DNA from: a virus
DNA length: 64,000 nt
Strand: one strand, 5' to 3'
IMG/VR virus record: IMGVR_UViG_3300029267_001213
Span: 22,554 to 86,553 of that record
Shown here: positions 29,051 through 37,542 of the stretch, in pieces
Position numbering within the stretch: the stretch's first letter is position 1
How the letters are laid out: every line of letters starts with the position of its first letter
Notes under the pieces: generated by a model
Database searches by the model: none
What the model was told of the DNA's origin: nothing
The model's input: the letters and a program-made list of their open reading frames with translations, nothing else
Program-made: the position numbers and the translations under genes

Positions 29051-29269
29051 GCGCAATTAAGCAGCGATACTTCAGTGAATGAACAAGGGTTAAGCATACG
29101 ACATTAAAAAAGAAACCGGCTACAAAATGATACATAAAGAAAGGGGTGATATACCTAAGACAACAGCGACGCGGACTTCTTTAATAAAATTGGATAGATA
29201 ACTTTTCTATGAGCAAACTTTTTCAAGAAAGATACTAAGTGCTATTAAAAGTATGGAGCCGGTATTGTT

Positions 29270-29374
29270 GCATGGTTCGGTAATGATTTCATGCGGGTAG
29301 GTTCCCTATGAAGAAAAACGGCGTTTTGAAAACGCATGGTTCAGTAATGATTTCAGCCGGATAGGTTTTGTATG
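29270..29374. repeat. Two imperfect direct repeats, 64 bp period
   Basis: GCATGGTTCGGTAATGATTTCATGCGGGTAGGTT (29270-29303) and GCATGGTTCAGTAATGATTTCAGCCGGATAGGTT (29334-29367), each followed by NNNTATG. Confidence 0.8.
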
Positions 29375-29645
29375 GCGACAACATACAAATAGAATGATCT
29401 TCTTTCTTTACCGGTACCTAATACTGCAGCATTATTTTTGCATTATGGCTGTACATCATACAGCAATTTTATATAATGCGTAGTACCTTAGTACATAGTA
29501 AATCTTACGTTCTATTATTTTGATTGATTGAATATGAAGACGAATTGTCTTTAATCAAATTTATTAAAAGGCAATGTATTGAATCAACAGGTAATTTAAT
29601 TACCTTAAAAAACTGGAAAAAGAACCAGAGAAAGGAAAGGGTAAC

Positions 29646-30812
29646 ATGGACAGAGAGAGAATCGCTTTTAATAATCTGGCGAAGGAACTGAAGACGGCAT
29701 ATCTCGAGCGCGGAGAGCTGGTTGATCAGGTATTGGCATGTCTGGTCAGTGGGAAGCATATCTTCCTGCTGGGCCCTCCCGGTACAGCGAAGTCGAGCCT
29801 TTTGAAAGCGGTATGTAATTCAATGGAGGACTCAAGATATTTTTCGTGGCTACTTACGCGGTACACGACTCCGGAGGAACTGTTCGGACCGCCGTCAATC
29901 GAAGGCCTAAAGAACGACAGATTCGAAAGAGTAACAAAGGGAAAGCTTCCGGAGGCGGATCTGGCATTCATTGATGAGATATGGAAGGCCAGCAGTTCAA
30001 TAATAAATACCTTACTCACTATCATGAACGAGCGCGAGTTTTACAACAATGGTGGTGGTAAGCCGATGCAGTGCCCGTTAAAATTCTTGGCGGCTGCATC
30101 AAACGAAATGCCGGCGGATGATGAGCTTCAAGCGATGTACGACAGATTTCTGGTGAGGACGGTTGTGCAGCCTGTAGTTTCTGAATCAGCGACAAGAGCT
30201 TTGCTTACGCAGGATGATCCTCAGAAAATGATAAAAGAAAAAATCACTGCGAAGATTCTGAAAAAAGCTATGGACACAGCCAGCAAGGTCAATGTGCTGG
30301 ACGATACTGTGGACACGGTGATTAAGATTCGTAAGACTCTCAAGGCGGACGAAGGCATTGTTGCCAGTGACAGAAGATGGAAAGAAATCTTTTCATTCCT
30401 GAAAGCGGTTGCATGGCTGAGCGGAGATGATGAGGTCATCCCGGAACATCTGTCAGCTACTGTGGACTGCTTATGGGAACAGCCGGATCAGCGTAATACA
30501 GTTGCAAGCGTTGTAGGCAAGATTTCTTCTCCGGCAGTTGCTGAAGCGCGTGAGCTTCTGGATGCGGCCAAGGACGAAGCCAAGAAGGCACTTGAGGCTG
30601 CGAACAATTCGGATGCTGGCAATAATCCCGAGATGCTTTCACAGCTCGGAAAGGCGAACAGTCGTCTGGACAAGAGTGTGAAACAGGTTCAGGCGTTGTA
30701 TAACAAGACAAAAAGCAAGGCGTCGATGGAAAAGATAAAAGCCATTTCGGAAGAACTTTCAGGACTCTGCAATGAAGTGAAGGAGACGGCGCGGAAGACT
30801 CTGAAAATATAA
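29646..30812 (+). CDS. MoxR-family AAA+ ATPase, RavA-like
   Basis: Walker A GPPGTAKS, LLTRYTTPEELFGP, Walker B FIDEIWKA, NTLLTIMNER, ASNE.P, DRF and SDRRW motifs. Confidence 0.93.
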   Translation: MDRERIAFNNLAKELKTAYLERGELVDQVLACLVSGKHIFLLGPPGTAKSSLLKAVCNSMEDSRYFSWLLTRYTTPEELFGPPSIEGLKNDRFERVTKGKLPEADLAFIDEIWKASSSIINTLLTIMNEREFYNNGGGKPMQCPLKFLAAASNEMPADDELQAMYDRFLVRTVVQPVVSESATRALLTQDDPQKMIKEKITAKILKKAMDTASKVNVLDDTVDTVIKIRKTLKADEGIVASDRRWKEIFSFLKAVAWLSGDDEVIPEHLSATVDCLWEQPDQRNTVASVVGKISSPAVAEARELLDAAKDEAKKALEAANNSDAGNNPEMLSQLGKANSRLDKSVKQVQALYNKTKSKASMEKIKAISEELSGLCNEVKETARKTLKI

Positions 30813-30822
30813 GGAGGGTGCT

Positions 30823-32451
30823 ATGGTGATCGATAAGAAATTTTTCGATGACAATGAAGCGCCGGCAGTCAAGAAAGAAGTCATCAAGGAAAGTGTGCGC
30901 GGTCCTGATTTGAAGATGGACATGCCGAGAAATAGCTGGGAGAGAGTGCAGTGGGAAAAGTTCCTGAATGATACGGAAGGCAATGAAGTACCGGATGGAC
31001 TGGATCCACGAGGGATGAACAAAGAAAAAAACGAACAGATGGTCAGTCCTACGTGGCCGGGCTTTTCCCGGGAATTGTTTTCCCGGCTGTTGAATGCAGA
31101 TCAGGTTGAATGGAAAAAAGAACCAAGTCCAGAACATGCATGGGCCGATCTTGCACATAAGTCAGCGGACGAAGTGCGGGAATGGGATAATCTTCAGCGG
31201 CGATGCTACGATGATGAGACGTGGTCGGCTATGGCGGCATTGAGCATTGCAAGTTCTGTGAAGGAAGTGGTTATCGGCATTGCGACTACTGAAGATTTAC
31301 AACAGGAACGAGAACAGGCTGCAGGACTTCAGGCTCTTGCTCAGTGGATGCAGAATCAGGCAGACAAAGAACAGGATCCTGCGAGACAGCAACAGCAACA
31401 GGAGAAGGCGGACAATCTCAACCAGCAAGTTGAAGACCTTATGAATCAGATTCAGCAAAAGGAACGACAGGCACAACAGCAGGCGAGTCAGGTAGATCCT
31501 TCTACGATGAGACAGGCGGTGCGTGCGGGTATTAATCAAGCACAGAATCGAATTGAAGAAACTGAGCGAGCGATGTCCATGCTTGGGGCAGGTAAGGATC
31601 CGGGCAAGCTTCAGCGTTCTGGCGGTTCGCAATTGAAGACAGCTCTTGCCAAGAAAATCATGGAGAGCGAAAAGCTTAGACAGATAGCGAAACAGGCTGG
31701 ACGACTTAGAACCACTGCATTGAGAAAGGCCAGAACAAAATGCAAGACCGGCCGGTCTGAATATTACGGCGTGGAGCTTGGTGATGACATCGGACGGATG
31801 TTGCCGAGTGAATTGATCAAGCTTGTTGATCCGGCGCTGGAGAGTCTTTTTTATCGGGGACTTCATGAAAAGTCTTTGTCTCAGTATCGAGTGCGGTCAA
31901 GGGAGCGTGAGAATCGCGGACCGATAGTTGTGGCGATTGATACATCCGGATCCATGTACGGAGATAAGGAAGTGTGGTCGAAGGCGGTTGCCTTGGCATT
32001 GATTTCCGTAGCGATGGAACAGAAGCGACCGTGGGGTGTAATGTTGTGGGATACTTCACTTCAGGACACGGTTTTATCTGCAGACGGAATGGCACGGCCT
32101 GAACAAATGATGGAATGGCTTGAGGCGTTTTCAGGAGGCGGTACACATATGGATGTACCTTTGAGAGAATCCATGCGGATGATTAATGAATGTAAGGAGC
32201 TGAGAAAGGCGGACGTGATTCTTATCACGGATGGTTGTGCGAACATTTCAAAAAGTGTTCAGGAAAAATATCTGAAAGCTTCCGAAGAAAACGGATGGTC
32301 AACGTTCGGCGTGCAAATCGGTGGCGGATGGGAATCAGGTCTTGAACTGCTGGCAGATATTTGCGGCAAGCAAAATGTACACGAGATAAGCGATATGCTT
32401 TCGCGTGAAGATGAGGACAGAATTCTGGAGCGAATAGTTCCGGGCAATTAA
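30823..32451 (+). CDS. vWA-domain protein, ViaA-like
   Basis: G.DIGRMLPSEL, GPIVVAIDTSGSM.G (MIDAS), GGGT and ADVILITDG motifs. Confidence 0.92.
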   Translation: MVIDKKFFDDNEAPAVKKEVIKESVRGPDLKMDMPRNSWERVQWEKFLNDTEGNEVPDGLDPRGMNKEKNEQMVSPTWPGFSRELFSRLLNADQVEWKKEPSPEHAWADLAHKSADEVREWDNLQRRCYDDETWSAMAALSIASSVKEVVIGIATTEDLQQEREQAAGLQALAQWMQNQADKEQDPARQQQQQEKADNLNQQVEDLMNQIQQKERQAQQQASQVDPSTMRQAVRAGINQAQNRIEETERAMSMLGAGKDPGKLQRSGGSQLKTALAKKIMESEKLRQIAKQAGRLRTTALRKARTKCKTGRSEYYGVELGDDIGRMLPSELIKLVDPALESLFYRGLHEKSLSQYRVRSRERENRGPIVVAIDTSGSMYGDKEVWSKAVALALISVAMEQKRPWGVMLWDTSLQDTVLSADGMARPEQMMEWLEAFSGGGTHMDVPLRESMRMINECKELRKADVILITDGCANISKSVQEKYLKASEENGWSTFGVQIGGGWESGLELLADICGKQNVHEISDMLSREDEDRILERIVPGN

Positions 32452-32472
32452 AAAAAAGAAAGGGGTAACAAA

Positions 32473-33405
32473 ATGAACATGAGAAATTTATCAGCAAAAG
32501 GGAGAGTGGATGCAATCGTAAAGGCGGTAGAATTTGATGGAGCACTACTTGGACATATTGTCTGGTGGACTCTCAGGGAGGCGGAAGTGGATTGCGATGC
32601 TCTGAAAAAAGCGATGGAAGATGCTGGCATTGATTCTGAACAGCTCGGCATAAAAGAACCGAGCGCCAAGCGTATTTTAGGCCGTGCAGTAGGGAAGCTT
32701 TCGATAGAGCTTTCATCCAAAGAACGAAGGAATGGATCAACGTATCTTTTCAGGCCGGTACCTCTCGAAGACAGGACAGCAGCGTTTGCTATTGTATCCG
32801 AGAAGGAAAAGACAACTTCTGAAAAAGTGGAGAAGCTGATTCACAAGACTGTGGATGTCGTATCTGTGGACAAGGAAGGAGAGATATACAGCGAAAAGAA
32901 TCATGATACGGCAGACAAGCTGATAGAAAAATATAAGCGTCTGAAAGGCAAACTGGCTCCACCGGAAGTCAGAGCCGCTATGATGCAGCTCATGGTCAGT
33001 TGGGATTCTTTCCGGCTCAGAGACGGAGGGGGAATATATTTTGTTCCGGCTGGATTCGACAAGGAGCTGGCAGCATTGAAGGTCGCGGTAGAGTCCGTTG
33101 GTGCGTCGGTGTTTTATATCGTGCCGGTACCGGATGTGGCGGGAGCAAGAGAAGGTATAGCCAGTGCAGCCAAAGGAAGTCTGGAATCAGAACTTGCAGC
33201 TATCCAGCAGGAGATGGAAAAATTTGACGACAGCACCAGAATGAAAACACTGGAAAGCAGAATCGGGACACTTCAGGATGTACTGCGAAAGGCCCAGTTA
33301 TATAATGATGCGCTTGGCATGGCACAGTCTGACGTTAAGCGCATGGTTAGAAAATTGCAGACAAAAATTGAAGCGATTGTATTGGGCAGAGAAGATGCAG
33401 CATAA
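32473..33405 (+). CDS. DUF6744/DUF3150-like protein associated with MoxR-vWA
   Basis: LG.IVWW.L and LR.GGGIYFVP motifs, C-terminal coiled coil. Confidence 0.6.
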   Translation: MNMRNLSAKGRVDAIVKAVEFDGALLGHIVWWTLREAEVDCDALKKAMEDAGIDSEQLGIKEPSAKRILGRAVGKLSIELSSKERRNGSTYLFRPVPLEDRTAAFAIVSEKEKTTSEKVEKLIHKTVDVVSVDKEGEIYSEKNHDTADKLIEKYKRLKGKLAPPEVRAAMMQLMVSWDSFRLRDGGGIYFVPAGFDKELAALKVAVESVGASVFYIVPVPDVAGAREGIASAAKGSLESELAAIQQEMEKFDDSTRMKTLESRIGTLQDVLRKAQLYNDALGMAQSDVKRMVRKLQTKIEAIVLGREDAA

Positions 33406-33429
33406 TATTAGCGATAGTAAATAATATGA

Positions 33430-33459
33430 TTGACAGCATAATAATATTTCCTTAATAAT
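33430..33459 (+). promoter_or_regulatory. Sigma70-type promoter candidate
   Basis: TTGACA then AATAAT at 18 nt spacing, upstream of the HTH gene. Confidence 0.45.
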
Positions 33460-33494
33460 GCAGATTGTGAAGAGGCGAGAGAGGAGCATGTCGT

Positions 33495-33881
33495 ATGAGC
33501 AATTCTAAAAACATAAGGACGGCAAAGCTGAATCGCAAACAGGCTATCAGCAAACGGAAGGTGAAGCTGAACAAAACACGCCCGGGCATTATTATTGATA
33601 AGGACAAGTTATATCAGCGAGTATGTGAGATAGCGGATGAGCGCGGAGTAACACTGGCGGACCTTGCAAGAGATGCTGGTGTTACTCCGGCATGGTTGAA
33701 TACAGCTTTGACCAGCAAGTCGGGAATGACTCTGGACACTCTGGCAGTGTTTGCTCACATATGCAAAACGAAGCCGGGAAAATTATGCGATGAGTTTGCA
33801 GAGATAGTCCCATTAAAGAGAGGAAGGAATGACAAAAAGAAAAAGAGCCAGACAAAGACGGCAGTATCTATCTCAAAGTAG
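33495..33881 (+). CDS. XRE/Cro-type HTH regulator
   Basis: RGVTLADLARDAGVTPAWLN......MTLDTL helix-turn-helix. Confidence 0.8.
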   Translation: MSNSKNIRTAKLNRKQAISKRKVKLNKTRPGIIIDKDKLYQRVCEIADERGVTLADLARDAGVTPAWLNTALTSKSGMTLDTLAVFAHICKTKPGKLCDEFAEIVPLKRGRNDKKKKSQTKTAVSISK

Positions 33882-35211
33882 TGCTGGTGATTTCGGTTCC
33901 TGTCCGAGAAAATTTTATTACTCTCGGATATTGGGATTGAGCCTTCGTCCTGAACATCAGCCTTTATACTTGGACGAAGGTAAGTTGTGGCATGAGCTTT
34001 TGGACAGGAGTATTTACGGTGAAGTGAAAAGACTTTGTCAGGACATGCCGAAGGCTATAAGCATTCAGGATGCTGTAGATGAATGGACGAAGGAACACAT
34101 CAGACAACTTGAGGAGAGACAAAAGAATCAGCAATTCGATTTCGTTTCGGATTCGGTAACTGTTGAACAGATTGAGGACAAGGCTCGCATGTGGATTGAC
34201 ATTGCCAATAGATACCGGGACAAATATTTGCAAAAGGACATTGAGAATTATCAATTGCTGGGTACGGAAGTTAAATTTCGTTTTCCTTTAAGAGTACCTT
34301 GCAACAAGTGCAATGGCGAGACTCTGATGGATGGGCCTTACTGCGGTAAATGTTCCGGTACGGGTCTCGGTCGCAAGTCACCGAAGTGGGATGCAATGGG
34401 CATCATAGACCGCATTGTACGCGAGCGAAAAACGAATCGAGTTCTGGTTATCGAAAGCAAGACAACGGGGGATACTCCAGTAGGATATATGACTGGTGCA
34501 TGGTCCCGGGCACAGTCCCGGCTTTACCTGTTGGGTGCGGAACACTGGTTGAAGGAGCAAGGCGTTGATTCTACAGCGGACGGCATCATATATGATGTAG
34601 TCAGAAAGAAAGTTCCTTCGGTTCCGAAGATGACTCAGTGCAGGACTTGTAAGAGTACCGGCGAGATGGATAAGCCTACGTTGGAGCGATATGCAAAGCG
34701 CATGAAGAAAAAGAATCCTGCGAAGGCGTTATTTGCGGAGGGACAATTGCAGAGCATGGGAGAATCTGATTCAGCACCTTGTCCGGAATGCGAAGGTACT
34801 GGAGTGGGCGGTATAAGTCGTGCGGCGTGTGATACTACGGTAGATGTTTTTCGAGCTACGGTTGAAAAATATCCACATATCAAGGAAGCGGAATATCTGG
34901 AAACACTGCTTAAGCTGGAGCAGGTTGGGGATGTGCGATTTATGAACAGAGAGGAGTTTTTTGTCGAGCGCAAAAAACAGTATGAGTGGATGCTGGATGC
35001 ATATTTCAAAGCGAGAGAAATTGATACCATGCGGTACTGGTATCGAAACGAGTCAGCTTGTGACCGGCCTTTTCCTTGTGCATTTTCAAGACTCTGCATT
35101 GATGGCGGCGAAGGTGCCATGGATTACTACTGGACACGAGACGAAAAGGAAGAGCAGGAGCGTGAAGAACAGGAACGGCAGCAAGCTGCCAATGAAGATC
35201 CATTTTTATAA
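33829..35211 (+). CDS. PD-(D/E)XK exonuclease (Cas4/RecB-like) with two zinc-finger insertions
   Basis: S.S....F..CPRKFYY, G..WHE, E.KF, GIIDRI...VIESKT, Q..LY and C-terminal C....C....LC motifs. Two CxxC...CxxCxGxG inserts. Confidence 0.85.
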   Translation: MTKRKRARQRRQYLSQSSAGDFGSCPRKFYYSRILGLSLRPEHQPLYLDEGKLWHELLDRSIYGEVKRLCQDMPKAISIQDAVDEWTKEHIRQLEERQKNQQFDFVSDSVTVEQIEDKARMWIDIANRYRDKYLQKDIENYQLLGTEVKFRFPLRVPCNKCNGETLMDGPYCGKCSGTGLGRKSPKWDAMGIIDRIVRERKTNRVLVIESKTTGDTPVGYMTGAWSRAQSRLYLLGAEHWLKEQGVDSTADGIIYDVVRKKVPSVPKMTQCRTCKSTGEMDKPTLERYAKRMKKKNPAKALFAEGQLQSMGESDSAPCPECEGTGVGGISRAACDTTVDVFRATVEKYPHIKEAEYLETLLKLEQVGDVRFMNREEFFVERKKQYEWMLDAYFKAREIDTMRYWYRNESACDRPFPCAFSRLCIDGGEGAMDYYWTRDEKEEQEREEQERQQAANEDPFL

Positions 35212-35224
35212 AGGAGGGTAACAA

Positions 35225-36034
35225 ATGGGAGTGAATGTTAATGAGCAATGGGACATGCTAAAAGGAGGGGCTGGAGCTGTGAAGGTTACATCAGCCAAGG
35301 AGTATGCGTCACAGAACAAAGTTAAGATACTTGTTATTGGCGGGACAGGAACTGGCAAGACTTATTTGTGCGCTACAGCTGCGGAAGGAGACAAGGTGGT
35401 TATTGGTCTGGCTGAGCCACAAGGAATGACTACTATCAGAATGGCGAATCCTGAAGCCATTGTATTTCCTATCGGATGGCGAGAGCCGGATCATGAGCTG
35501 TATGAAAAACTGGCGAACGGAGAATTAAACAGAGATGTGCTCGGAGCTTATGATCTGGATCAGTTCGCTGGTTTCGTTCAGGAGCATCATGCGGAAATTG
35601 ATGCTGCGGCGCTGGATGGCATTACCGAGGCGCAGGAAGTAATACAGAATTATTTTCTGTTACTAAGCGGAAAAGGTCATGAGACTCCATCGCTGGACGA
35701 GTTTCAGAAAATCACAAAGCGAGTTCATAAATATATCAGGAAACTTCGAGATTTGCCGGTAAACTTTTTATGTACTGCCTTACAGCAGGAAGATGTTTTG
35801 TCTGACAGCAACAAGGTAATCAAGCGGATGCTGATAGGCGGTCAGCGATTGCGTGAGCGTATTCCGCAGATGTTTACAGCGGTTGGTATGCTTGGGCGAG
35901 TTGAAGGCGAGGAAGAAAGTCAGCATGTAGCGATGTTTTCAGGTCGTAAAGATTGCCAGACGAAACCTTATGGCAAGTTGAGACTTGAACAGCCGCCGGA
36001 TTTCAAAGAGTGGGTCAAGCTCATTACTGAGTAA
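35225..36034 (+). CDS. Sak4-like / AAA_24 P-loop ATPase
   Basis: KILVIGGTGTGKT, hhhDGITE, L.DLP.N...TA motifs. Sits between nuclease and SSB. Confidence 0.8.
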   Translation: MGVNVNEQWDMLKGGAGAVKVTSAKEYASQNKVKILVIGGTGTGKTYLCATAAEGDKVVIGLAEPQGMTTIRMANPEAIVFPIGWREPDHELYEKLANGELNRDVLGAYDLDQFAGFVQEHHAEIDAAALDGITEAQEVIQNYFLLLSGKGHETPSLDEFQKITKRVHKYIRKLRDLPVNFLCTALQQEDVLSDSNKVIKRMLIGGQRLRERIPQMFTAVGMLGRVEGEEESQHVAMFSGRKDCQTKPYGKLRLEQPPDFKEWVKLITE

Positions 36035-36127
36035 ACAAATTAGGACGGTGCAGAAGGCACATGTCTGTTTATGTCGTAAACTTTTTAACTAGGAATTTGA
36101 TTCCTAAGAAAGGACAAGGAGGGTAAC

Positions 36128-36664
36128 ATGTCAGAGAAAGGCACATGGAAGCCGGGAGAATCATTTGATCCGACAAAAGAGTATGGCGAAGGTGGAGGAG
36201 GTATTCCCGATCCGGATAAATATTTTGCCATGGTAAGCGGTGTCGAGGTTGGAGAAAGCAGCAATCATAATCCTCAGATCGTTGTGAGTCTTCGGCTCAT
36301 TCAGGGCAGTAAAACAAAGGGACAGTTCAGAGGAACGAGATTCAGAGACTGGCTAGTGCTTACAGAAAATTCAATCTGGCGATTGGAAAATCTGTGCAAG
36401 GCTATCGGACTTACTGAAAGTTTCGATCCTACGGATGCCGAAGTTGTTAATGAGCTTTTTTATCAGAAAATTCTGTATGCCAATGTGGGCAAGGACGGTG
36501 ACAAGACGAGAGTAGTTAAGCCGTTTTTCGAACAGGCCAGCAAGGAGGACCAGAAAAGGTTCAAGCAATTTGAAGTTCCTGAAGACTGGGATGATAGGTC
36601 TTTCGAGTTTCCGAGCGAAGAAGAGTCTGAAGAAAGTAGCGAAGCAGATCCGTTTGCGAGCTAA
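36128..36664 (+). CDS. Single-stranded DNA-binding protein (DUF669-like)
   Basis: P...Y.A.V..VE...S...NP.I, WRL..LCKA.G motifs. Acidic tail ending DPFAS. Confidence 0.75.
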   Translation: MSEKGTWKPGESFDPTKEYGEGGGGIPDPDKYFAMVSGVEVGESSNHNPQIVVSLRLIQGSKTKGQFRGTRFRDWLVLTENSIWRLENLCKAIGLTESFDPTDAEVVNELFYQKILYANVGKDGDKTRVVKPFFEQASKEDQKRFKQFEVPEDWDDRSFEFPSEEESEESSEADPFAS

Positions 36665-37542
36665 TGCTGGATCAGTTTCTCAGCGAGCCTAAAGTAGGCC
36701 AGCTGTCGGACGCTGGTTTTAGGTTGTTGTTAGCTATGCTCAATGGCAAAGTAGATGCTAAAGGGCGAGGGCGAGCACATCCTATTTATTGGCGTTCGGC
36801 AGCTTGGCCTTTCAGAGAAATTCAAATTGAAGAAGTGCAGTGTGCATTGAAGGAGCTGGTGAGTGCAGGAGAGATTATTCCTTATCAGCGAAACAAGGAA
36901 TGGTATATTGTAGTTCCAAGAGCTTTGAAGATTCAGTCAGAGACCGAGCAAAAAACGTCCACCACCCCAGCCCCACCGACAGCGGTTTTGAAAAAGGCAT
37001 TGGATGGTTTTCAGCATTCGGATGCAATCATCAAGGAGCTGGTTGATGATCAAGTATGGAGTGCGGAAAAGCGTGCAAAGCACAGGGGTCAAATAGACCG
37101 AAGAGCATATCAGCTCGGACTGGGTCTTGATTGGGAAGGGGATTCTGCAAGTTCAGATTATTATAAACGCGCACCGATGAAAGTGGTGCATCGGTTATAT
37201 GCAATATGGGTGCAGGTTACAGGAAGACATCCCGGCAAGACCAAGCTTACAAAAAAAAGAGAACGTATGCTTAAAGATCGAGTGAAGGAGTATGGCCCTG
37301 AAAGAGTACTGGCAGCAATAAAAGGAGTACGACTGGATCCGTGGAATTCAGGACAGGACCCACGGACAGGTGGAAAGAGATATGATGACTTAACATTAAT
37401 ATGCAGGAACGGAGAAAATATAGAAAGGTTTGCGGATTTATACGAACAGGCACAGCGCGGTGAAATTTTACCGGATGAGATCGAAGATGATAATACGATA
37501 GCTAGAAGACTGAGAAAACGGAGACAATTAAATGGCGATTAA
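36664..37542 (+). CDS. Replication initiator-like protein
   Basis: N-terminal LS...FRL.......D..GR winged helix. C-terminal LT.KR...L..R......AI.G...DPW..G......YDDL.LICR. Confidence 0.7.
   Translation: MLDQFLSEPKVGQLSDAGFRLLLAMLNGKVDAKGRGRAHPIYWRSAAWPFREIQIEEVQCALKELVSAGEIIPYQRNKEWYIVVPRALKIQSETEQKTSTTPAPPTAVLKKALDGFQHSDAIIKELVDDQVWSAEKRAKHRGQIDRRAYQLGLGLDWEGDSASSDYYKRAPMKVVHRLYAIWVQVTGRHPGKTKLTKKRERMLKDRVKEYGPERVLAAIKGVRLDPWNSGQDPRTGGKRYDDLTLICRNGENIERFADLYEQAQRGEILPDEIEDDNTIARRLRKRRQLNGD

Noticed and set aside
33829-35211. CRISPR-associated Cas4
   Set aside because: The context is nuclease, Sak4-like ATPase and SSB, a standard phage recombination module.
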